The notes: generated by a model not told the origin, from the sequence alone. DNA of 9,933 nt from Octopus sinensis (GCF_006345805.1 NW_021827760.1:1-9933), one strand, 5' to 3'; shown: positions 1-8,936, counted from the first letter of the stretch. Translations and numbers: made by a program.

Positions 1-41
1 TTAGGGGGTATAATAGTGGTTTTATCTCTAATTCATATTTT

Positions 42-72
42 ATATATATATAAAATATATATATATATGTAT

Positions 73-115
<43 letters not shown>

Positions 116-272
116 TACGTATACACACACACACACACATATATATATAATATATATATATATACATATCCATATACATATACATATACATACAAGAACA
201 TGGGTACGCACACATATTAATCTGCTGTGTGTGTGTGGTGTATATGCTTCTATTCGTGTGTATGTGTGTGTG
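42..272. repeat. Compound microsatellite: (TA)n, (CA)n, (TACA)n, then degenerate (TG)n
   Basis: Directly visible dinucleotide and tetranucleotide runs. Confidence 0.95.
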
Positions 273-591
273 TTATGTTAGTTTGGCACTACTAGCATGT
301 TTGCGAGCAAATGAGGCTAAAGTTTGTACTTTAATTCTTGCCAATAAAATATACGAGTTTGTATCTACCTAATGGCTTTTCTTGGATATTTAAATAAACA
401 AAAAATGTAAATCAAATAATGTTCTAATTGATTGCAAAGTATTTTTATGTAGCGCATAGAAATTAGAACAAAACATTGAAATACCGTTAGGCTTCCCTAT
501 CTTTCGCTATCAATGTGTACAGGCATAGTCATGTGATTAAAACGTTCACATGACTTTCTTATCAATCCCAGAAAATGTGATGTCTGTTGAA

Positions 592-907
592 GGCGCGTGG
601 CCTTGTGGTTATAGTGTTGCACGCACGATGAGGGAAGGGGTCGTGGTTTCAATCCCTGTTCCCGGTGGTGCTTTGTGTCCTTCAAAAAAACACTACATAT
701 AACGTTACTTTTTGATCACTTCGACGCCTGACATGTGATACACAGTGCACCTTTTTAGGCGTCGTCGATTTGATGGAGGAACTGAGCTAACACACTGCAG
801 GAACATTTCAAGGAGTGACACACAAATAAGAAAGAAGGAAGCAAAGGACCACTGATGCGATCACAGGAGTGTGACGAAAGAATTCTGGCCGAAATAAGAT
901 TAAGATT
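592..907 (+). mobile_element. tRNA-derived SINE (family C here), diverged
   Basis: GGCGCG start, Pol III A-box-like TGGCCTTGTGG (598-608), B-box-like GGTTTCAATCC (645-655), CORE-like TTGTGTCCTT..AAACACT (~673-694) and a short tandem tail TAAGAT-TAAGAT (895-906). The 3' boundary is inferred and no TSD was seen. Confidence 0.7.
846..890 (+). ncRNA. Candidate variant type I hammerhead ribozyme in the SINE 3' region
   Basis: Stem I GG(A)CCA 846-851 / TGGCC 886-890; core CTGATG 852-857; stem II TCACA-GGAG-TGTGA 861-874 closed by G859-C875; GAAA 876-879; short stem III region GAAT; UC cleavage site 884-885. Deviations are C at the A9 position and a bulged A860. Confidence 0.35.
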
Positions 908-1098
908 AATGTAAAAAACAAATAACGCTATAGCAAAGTAACACCAAATATATAATGCGTGTGTTTTTATTGGCTTAACTGGCAAAATGACCATTCTTAA
1001 ATACAACAATATCTGTTTCAACACACGATTTCACATCAAAAATCCTGCAAAACAAATATATAAACGTAAAAAAAACTCACCATTATTAACAAATCATC

Positions 1099-1109
1099 TG
1101 CGCATGCGC
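1099..1109. promoter_or_regulatory. NRF1/EWG-like palindromic site TGCGCATGCGC
   Basis: 11 of 12 positions match the NRF1 consensus YGCGCAYGCGCR, in an otherwise AT-rich context. Function is not shown. Confidence 0.3.
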
Positions 1110-1296
1110 CTCAGCAAAAAATTGCAGAACCATCTTTTACGTACTACGAAAGATACCAGCATGTGAATTGATTTCTTGATCCCGCTTCTTCACCATATTC
1201 ACATTATAACCGAAACCTTGTGAATTAAACCGGTTGAAAGGGAGGGAAGCCACGGGAAGGGCTTCTGCACACCCCTGGGTAGTATGCTTAACCTTT

Positions 1297-1313
1297 GATA
1301 TTTGTGTACCTTT
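1297..1313 (+). repeat. Left copy of a 17-bp target-site duplication (right copy 1545-1561)
   Basis: GATATTTGTGTACCTTT occurs identically at 1297-1313 and 1545-1561, exactly flanking the SINE. Confidence 0.95.
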
Positions 1314-1544
1314 GGCGGCGAGCTGGCAGAAACGTTAGCACGTCGGACGAAATGTGTTGTCGTATTTCGTCTGCCGTTACGTTCTGAGTTCAAATTCTGC
1401 CGAAGTCGACTTTGCTTTTCATCCTTTCGGGATTGATAAATTAAGTACCAGTTACGCACTGGGGTCGATGTAATCGACTTAATCCGTTTGTCTGTCCTTG
1501 TTTGTCCCCTCTGTGTGTAGCCCCTTGTGGGTAATAAAGAAACA
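1314..1544 (+). mobile_element. tRNA-derived SINE family A, full-length monomer
   Basis: GGCGGCGAGCTGGCAGAA head, A-box-like 1324-1334, B-box-like GTTCAAAT 1388-1395, central TTTCATCCTTTCGGG..GATAAATTAAGTACC block and AAAGAAA tail. Highly similar to 7541-7769, with a 17-bp TSD. Confidence 0.93.
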
Positions 1545-2249
1545 GATATTTGTGTACCTTTATTACAGTTCACTCCATTCTGAGTATTCGTTCCCGCTCC
1601 ACCGTTCTCAAAAATTAACATGATATTCTTATACTCTGGTATCGATACATTTATTGGTATCGTTAAGTATCAATACCTTTTCTGTAGTATGCCCTACGTC
1701 GAAAATTACTCCTTCTTTTCTTTCTCTCTGCCATCTATATCAAAAGGTCTGTAAAGTTTACAGTTGCTCTTCTTTCATTCTCTAAAATAAACTGTAAGAC
1801 CTGGGTACTTAAGCCAATAAGTTGCTAAAAATAAAATCCATTATCTTAACCCCGGCCTGATAGAATTAAATTGTAGAAATTTGCATAGAATGGGATTCTT
1901 AGGAGGCGGTTGAGTACGTCTTTTATGTTTCGTTCGTCCAGCAAGAAATAAAAATATGTAAAAGAAAAACAAAATAAACATCGACAACGAAACATTTCAG
2001 AAATAGAAACGGGAATTTCTGCGTACGGCTTGAGTAAATTTGGAATCTATTTGAGCCTTAAGACGACCAGAGATTAAACAACCGACCCAATAAACTCCGT
2101 CCATCATCTATAAACGTAGAGTGGGATTGACTTGTTGCGGCAGGTCATTGTTAATTCGAACAGAATTTTAATCGATAAAGTAACCTCTTATCTTCAAGCT
2201 ATGTCACTTATGAGATTTTCGTGGATTGAAGAAGACTGGATAGGATTTA

Positions 2250-2448
2250 GACACACGGAAAGACACACGGACAGACACACACACACACATGCACACACAC
2301 ACACGCACTTATATATCCTCACGCACACATATACATATATATATATACATACACAACACATACATAAGTGCGTGCGCATACACCATCACGCATCACACAT
2401 TTCATCTCTCCTCTCTCCATCTTACTCTCTCTTTCTACCTTTGTATGC

Positions 2449-2522
<74 letters not shown>

Positions 2523-2600
2523 TTGTCTATCTTTCTGTGTATGTGTGTATCTATCTTTCTGTTTATCTGTCTGTCTCTGTATCTGTCTCTCTCTTTCTCT
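2250..2600. repeat. Compound microsatellite including perfect (ATCT)18 at 2449-2520
   Basis: CA-rich tract, CT-rich tract, perfect ATCT array, then degenerate continuation. Confidence 0.95.
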
Positions 2601-2701
2601 ATCAATTTAATCATATGCATAAATTGGGAAAAATCCACTCATACACTCAGACGAACTTATGCAGCTGTACACCTATGAAAGCTAATACGTATAGAAATAT
2701 A

Positions 2702-4030
2702 CGAGGGTGGGCTGAAAAGTTCATAGGCTGACAATGAAGGGTTCATGCTAGAGCTGTGAAATCTTGCATACATTTACTTCAACACATCTTATTAATAACT
2801 GCATTGTTTATTTCTAGAAAAACGGACATGTGACTTTTCAATGACAACCTCAAGAGTAACTGGTAGTGACCTCTCTTATAAATGGTTTTTGGCAACGTGG
2901 TCTTACCTGCAACGTGGTCTTACCTGCAGAAAAGGTGTTTAGGCACCATGGACATTCATGTTGAGATTGTTGTTATATTAGGAGGTGACGCGTTATCAAT
3001 AGTGTTATCAACAGTGCAAAAACGGACAGCCGAATTTAGGAGGAGAAAGGAGAGTCTTGCAGATGACTTAAGGGCTGGACATCATGCAATTGCCCCTACC
3101 GAGGAGGAAAGCATCGTGTTCACCACATGGTGATGGAAGATAGGCCAGTGACTATAAATCAAATAGCCAATGCTATTGGTGTATCCTCTGAGAGAGTTGA
3201 GAATATTCTGCTCAGTAAACTTGGCATGGGGAAGGCTTCTGTTCTGTAGGTGCCATGTCTTCAAACACCTGATCAAAAGCACACCTGGCTCTTCATATCA
3301 CGGATATGTCTGACATTGCTTGAGGCGGATCTACCTGGTCTCTTTGAACATTTCGTCACCAAGTATGAGTTAGAGACAAACAAATGATGGAGTGGAAACG
3401 CTCCAGTTCACCTGCTCCAAAGAAGGCCAAAGGAGGCTTCCTTTGCTGGGAAGCGGATGGCCTAAGTTATTTGGAGTACACAAAGTATTGTGTTTATTGA
3501 CTATCTTCAAAAGGGTCACATCATCAATGGAGAGTACCATGCCAACACGCGGAGACAGTTATGAAAGGTTATGGAGATAAAAAAAGCCAGAAAATCTGTG
3601 GAAGGGGAGGGGTGTCTTCCTTCATCTGGACAATGCTCCAGCACACAAGTCTCTGGTTTCAATGATTGTTAGGCGTGACTGTGATTGGTTGATAACCTTT
3701 CCTTTTCTCCTGGTTTATGTTTGCCCACTGAAACCCTCTTTCATGGGGCCGAAGAGATGATAGTCCAGTGACGATGATAGTCCAGTGACGAGGAAGTGAA
3801 AACTGTAGTGAAGAAGTGGATGAAAAAACAGTCAATAGAATTTTACGGGACAGGCATACATGCTCTCATTCAAGGGTGGACATTGCTATTGAGAGAAACG
3901 ATGACTACGTTGAGGAGTCGGGATGTAATCTACAGAGGACCAGCTTCCTTTTGATGTATAATACATGTCCCTGTGTTAGTAATTATACCTGTCTTAAACA
4001 AGATGGCATTACTTTTTTGACCCTCCCTCG
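2702..4030 (+). mobile_element. Decayed mariner (Tc1/mariner) DNA transposon, 1329 bp
   Basis: TA dinucleotides flank both ends (2700-2701, 4031-4032). The left end CGAGGGTGGGCTGAAAAGT and the reverse-complemented right end CGAGGGAGGGTCAAAAAAGT form imperfect TIRs. Internal transposase motifs are present and the size is typical of mariners. Confidence 0.92.
2882..3920 (+). pseudogene. Mariner transposase pseudogene (frameshifts, stops, deletions)
   Basis: HTH region YLQK...LSTVQKRTAEFRRRKESLADDLRAG; *VPCLQTPDQK at 3247 (WVPHEL motif, W changed to stop); FVTKYE at 3352 (first catalytic D lost); HLDNAPAHK with D at 3629; DNLSFSPGL 3691-3717 (decayed HPPYSPDL, third D missing); C-terminal SSDEEVKTVVKKW...FYGTGIHALIQGW/IAIERNDDYVE from 3781. 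Confidence 0.9.
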
Positions 4031-4575
4031 TATATATCTCTGTGTGTATGTATATACATTCATATATGTACATTCATATACTTATATGCATGCATACATG
4101 CATACATACGGACAGACATACAGTTATTCATGCATACATATATATACAAACATACATTTGTGTATTCATACATAGATTCATTCTTAATTTCATATATACA
4201 TATATACATACGTTACATTAAATTTGCATGCATGCATACAAGGATGCATTCATTCATATATATTATATACATACATATATTCATACATTTACATACATAC
4301 ATATACACATACATACATACATACATGCATACATACATACACACAGACATACAGGGAATCCTACATATATTCATATATTCATACATATATATATACACAT
4401 ACATAGATACACATTCATAATTCATACATACATACATGCATACATACATACTTGAGTAGAGTGACTGTGAGAAAGGGAGTGAGTGAGCGAGAGTGTGTGA
4501 AAGAGTAAGAGAGAGGAATAGACAAACAGACAGAGAAAGTGAGAGAACGAGAGACAACCGAATTGACAGATAGAA
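4031..4575. repeat. Degenerate (TACA)n/(TA)n tract followed by a GA-rich tract
   Basis: Visible low-complexity sequence that explains the five overlapping H/I/Y/T-rich ORFs. Confidence 0.92.
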
Positions 4576-5224
4576 AGCTGTGGTTAATGAATTCAACTAT
4601 TTAATTAAAGTATCCTCTGTATATATATATATGTGTATTTGTGAAAAGCGGAGGTCGTACACATATCTGTTACTGTGTAAGCATATGTGCATATATGTGT
4701 GTTTATGGGACAATATGGCGACTACAATACTTATTATAATAGATTTTAATAGATTATGCTTTCAGGAAATAGAAGTAACGTAACCGAATCTAACGAAAGA
4801 AAAAAAAAATGTTTAGATTTATTCCTCTGTAAAGAATGCAACGAAAAAAAATATCATTCCGGTATATCTTCCAGAAAATTCTATTTTTATATCATGAATG
4901 AATTGTTAGGGCTTCCAATGTAAAATGATATCGTACTTCATAGAAACTGAACGAAAAAGCAGAGGCATTGACGCCATAGGGCGCCGTTGTGCATTTATAT
5001 CTTAAATTTAAAAGTGATAATGTTTAACATCACTTTACCATTGTTCCATATCATATTCAATGGAACACTATGGCAGATTTACATCCGGTTATTCTCAAAG
5101 ACTAACGTTATTACATAGAGGCAAAAACACCCACGTGCACATGCGCACAAACAAGTATACACCCTTACACATACGTTCACATCTATATGCACATACATTA
5201 CTAGTCGATGGAATAGCCACTATG

Positions 5225-5397
5225 TAGGCGTAAAACCTGCAAGAAATAGAATTCTCTCATATTAGAAAAAAAAAAAGGACGAGCACATTTAAATAATGTC
5301 AGTCCTAGCTACATGATGTTCGAATTAAAGAGTGGATTGTCACGAATGGAACGCTCTTGGTCATATGTTTCCTAGATCAGAGATTAACAACAATAGC
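5225..5397 (+). mobile_element. Probable old SINE/LINE 3'-end relic
   Basis: TGCAAGAAATAG...AAAAAGGAC..CACATT..ATAATGT.AGTCCTAG...GATCAG..., ending in an AACAACAA tail. The resemblance to a common octopus repeat is from memory only and there is no second copy in the window. Confidence 0.35.
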
Positions 5398-5411
5398 AGA
5401 CACACACGAGA

Positions 5412-5540
5412 ATATATATATATATATATATTGTTAAATTAATGGTATTATTAAATTATATCAATTTTTCACCCTCATTTTAAATTTTATTTAATAATAT
5501 ATATTATATATATATATATATATAATTATTATATATATAT

Positions 5541-5573
<33 letters not shown>

Positions 5574-5575
5574 TA
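5412..5575. repeat. (TA)n and AT-rich low-complexity tract
   Basis: Directly visible. Confidence 0.93.
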
Positions 5576-6377
5576 TAGTTATGGGTAATACATTTTTCAT
5601 TTTAAATCACCGAACAAGTGAAATGACAGTATGATCTAACGTAAATCTTATTTAAAGCAATCACCGGAGGAATCGCATCTTATACTGGGGATGGATGATA
5701 TTCATTACACAACATGTTAATTATATTACTTCACCGATATACTGCGAATGTAAAAATGTGTCGAAGCAATTCTGGTAGAAACGTTGAGTAAAATTCCTAA
5801 ATATTGACAAGTATTTCCTTTTTTTAGATGGTAGGAGCTGGATAGAACCCAACCACCATTTAACTGCCTTGGAAAAAATACCCTTAAAATTATGATATTT
5901 GTTGCAAAATATTAACAATGTTGGAACCTAATAATTTTGAAACCTAAATTAAATGAAGAAAAGTAGTGAAGAAAACGAAACCTAAGCTCAACGCTTTTCC
6001 TTTAAATTTGTTGATAATTCTCGTGACTATAGTAAATGAATTATAGCTCAAAAATATAATACGATATAAACCTCGATTGCTTCAGTTAATCTTTGAAAAA
6101 AGTTTTGTAATTTAAATGGAAGAGAAAATCAAGAAAAGTACAAGTGTTCTATTTTAATGAGATAAATATTTACGAAAATATTTGAGCAATGCAGATGGGA
6201 AATTAGGTAAAATACGTAAGGCGATGTTAATAAATGAAAGTAGAAAGAAAATATATTTTGTTATCTGTTATAAGTTATTTATCAATAGTATAACATTTCG
6301 GGAAATGATGCCCCTTTTCAAATAGAGGAAAAACAATGTTTTCTGATAAATATGTTGCTACCAGTAGGTCAATCAAG

Positions 6378-6980
6378 TGAGTGTGTGCGTGGGCATATGT
6401 GTGTGTGTGTGTGCGTATATGTATTGTGTGTGTATTATGTTCTCTGTGTGTGTGTGTGCATGTGTGTATGTCTATAAAAGAATATAATATTTGATATCAA
6501 AATCCTTCGATGTGCATGGTTACTGACAATCTACTTTATTGTTATCTCAGACAATCCTTTGTTCAATATTTACGAAGAGGTCAATGGCATTTCATACAAA
6601 TATGTATATATATATGTATGTATATATATATATATGTATATATATATCTATGCTATCTATATCTATCTATATATATATATAATATATATTATATATTATA
6701 TATATACTATACAACACTATATATATAATATATATATACATATATATACACATATATATACATATATATATAATGTTACGTATATATGAATGTATATTTT
6801 ATATATTCGTACATACATATTTGTATCTATCTATATATCTATATATATATATATAAATATATATATAATATGTGTGTGTGTGTGCGCGCGCTCGTATGTG
6901 TAGAATTAATCAAAGTTTTCGAATTAATCTGTTGTTACCTGTAAGTCATCAAGTATGAGTATGTTGCGCGTATGTGTATA

Positions 6981-7028
<48 letters not shown>

Positions 7029-7060
7029 TATATATATATTATATATGTATATATATATAC
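6378..7060. repeat. Cluster of (TG)n (6378-6472) and (TA)n tracts (~6600-6890, ~6975-7060)
   Basis: Directly visible, with short unique spacers between tracts. Confidence 0.92.
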
Positions 7061-7279
7061 AAAGGAGAAAGAGAAAGTGTCAGTTAGTGAGGGAGAAAGA
7101 AAGAGACAGAGAGATGAATATATAGAAAGATTAGAAATGTCGGAAACAGATAAAGGCCTACTTATCAGCTTAAAATTCTCCGATCTCAACGAATAAGTGA
7201 ATTTAAGTTCACTTATTCGTTGCGAATATAACTGTAACAAGCATGGATGCTTACTGAATGCTTACTTTTACCACCGAGA

Positions 7280-7540
7280 GAAGATGAATAGATGTATAGA
7301 CAAAGATATTATGTAAGAAGAGACAGACAGATAGATAAAATAGACAGTAAGACTGACAGTAAGATATATAGACAGATAGAGACACAGATCTAAAGATTGA
7401 AAGATACGCATTAGCAAAAGAAAAACAGAGAGGCAGGCAGATAGAAAGATTTGTAGAGAGAGATAAGAGATAGAAAAAGAGGTAGATTCATGAACAGATA
7501 GATAGATAGACAGACAGACAGATAGGCAGGTAGGTAGATA
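7280..7540. repeat. Degenerate (GATA)n/(GACA)n purine-rich tract, continuing at 7954-8078 after the SINE dimer
   Basis: GATA/GACA units lie on both sides of the SINE insertion. Confidence 0.85.
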
Positions 7541-7769
7541 GGCGGCGAGCTGGCAGAAAAGTTAGCACGACGGACGAAATGCTTAGCGGTATTTCGTCTG
7601 TGTTACGTTCTGAGTTCAAATTCCCGCGAGGTCGACTTTGCCTTTCACATCTTTCGGGTCGATAATTAAGTACCAGTTACGCACTGGGGTCGATGTAATC
7701 GACTTAATACCTATGTCTGTCCTTGTTTGTCCCCTCTGTGTTTAGCCCCTTGTGGCTAATAAAGAAATA
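7541..7769 (+). mobile_element. tRNA-derived SINE family A, full-length first unit of a dimer
   Basis: Colinear with 1314-1544 from GGCGGCGAGCTGGCAGAA to AAAGAAATA. Confidence 0.93.
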
Positions 7770-7953
7770 GGTATTTCGTCTGCCGTTACGTTCTGAGTTC
7801 AAATTCCGCCGAGGTCGACTTTATCTTTCATCTTTTCGGGGTCGATAAATTAAGTAGCAGTCACGCACTGGTGTCGATGTAATCGACTTAATCCCCTTGT
7901 CTGTCCTTGTTTGTCCTCTCTGTATTTAGCCCCTTGTGGGCAGTAAAGAAATA
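7770..7953 (+). mobile_element. SINE family A, headless second unit (no A box) fused head-to-tail
   Basis: Restarts at the internal GGTATTTCGTCTG and runs to AAAGAAATA. TAGGTAGATA at 7531-7540 and 7952-7961 may be a TSD around the whole dimer. Confidence 0.92.
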
Positions 7954-8079
7954 GGTAGATAAACAGACAAACAGTTAGATAGATAGAAAAGTAAATAGAT
8001 AGATAGATAGAAATATAGACATGTAGAAAGATAGATAGATGCAAATATAGTGATGTAGAGAGAAAGATGGATATAGAAA

Positions 8080-8106
8080 GCGGCGAATTGGAAGTCATTA
8101 GAGCGT
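8080..8106 (+). mobile_element. Decayed family A-like SINE head relic
   Basis: GCGGCGAATTGGAAG-TCATTAG resembles GCGGCGAGCTGGCAGAAACGTTAG of the intact copies. Confidence 0.45.
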
Positions 8107-8574
8107 GTCTAGAATTCCACAGTGTTTGTTTTCTGTTCACCGAAGTTATCTTTACGTTCAAAACTTCGACATCAATCAGAAAAAAGAAGGAACCAGCCCA
8201 GGGCAGCTCCGCCTCCAAGAAGGGCTTGGTGGTGGGGCGAGATGCCTTGTGGTATCCCTTCTCGATCGTTGCGTTCTGAAAGCAACAACAGCAGCGATAA
8301 AGAGTGCCAGGCCGTATCGTTCCATTGTCTATGGACTCTTTCTTGTGAAAACCTCATTGGTGTGGAGAGAAAAGACATTCATGTTTAGGTAACAGCTCGT
8401 ATTAAAAACGACCTTACTTGAGTTTGTGCATGTAAGTGTTGACGTTTTTGGTCAACGTTGACCGACGGGAACGAACTAATAATATTTGTTCACGTCTGGG
8501 CTATGAAAGGTCTTTGCATATTTTTGTTGGTCTTGGATGTTTGACATCCTTTTGAAGGATTTCGGTCTTCAACT

Positions 8575-8576
<2 letters not shown>

Positions 8577-8651
<75 letters not shown>

Positions 8652-8745
8652 ATATATATTGAGTGTAATGAATATCTTGTTATGGATATTCGTTAACCGA
8701 TACCTGGGTAGCAAATTCACATCAGGTTCAACTCCATTCTTTCAT

Positions 8746-8790
<45 letters not shown>

Positions 8791-8935
8791 CACACACATA
8801 TATATATATATATATATATTATTATATATATATATATATATAATATATTATAAATGTGTGTGTGTACACATATATATGCACACTCATATGTATGCATGTA
8901 CGTACGTACGTACCTACCTACATACCTATACATGC
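8577..8935. repeat. (TA)n arrays (8577-8658, 8744-~8850) and mixed microsatellite
   Basis: Directly visible, interrupted by a unique island at 8661-8743. Confidence 0.93.
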
Positions 8936-8936
8936 A

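Noticed and set aside
1-8. TTAGGG at the window start as a telomeric repeat
   Set aside because: It is a single copy.
592-665. Possible tRNA genes at the SINE heads (also 1314, 7541, 9451)
   Set aside because: A and B boxes are present, but I could not fold a full cloverleaf and each head continues into a SINE body.
1199-1621. 140-aa minus-strand ORF
   Set aside because: Mostly the antisense of SINE A, and it runs across the TSD. The 7850-8218, 9440-9691 and 9675-9881 ORFs are likewise antisense SINE or microsatellite sequence.
2087-2114. CCAAT and TATAAA as a core promoter
   Set aside because: The spacing is too short, and such motifs are expected by chance in AT-rich DNA.
2132-2731. 199-aa ORF and overlapping ORFs with LSIY/HT repeats
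   Set aside because: They are translations of (CA)n and (ATCT)n, which lack stops in these frames.
2892-3789. Short direct repeats as a CRISPR array
   Set aside because: Each repeat has only two adjacent copies with no spacers, there are no cas genes, and the context is eukaryotic.
4130-4783. Cluster of H/I/Y/T/M-rich ORFs
   Set aside because: Products of the (TACA)n/(TA)n tracts.
6510-7240. IY-repeat ORFs
   Set aside because: (TA)n artefacts; the same applies to 8490-8933 and 9054-9438.
8436-8470. Minus-strand palindrome plus AAAAACGTC resembling hammerhead stem II/III
   Set aside because: There is no CUGANGA core upstream and G12 is missing.
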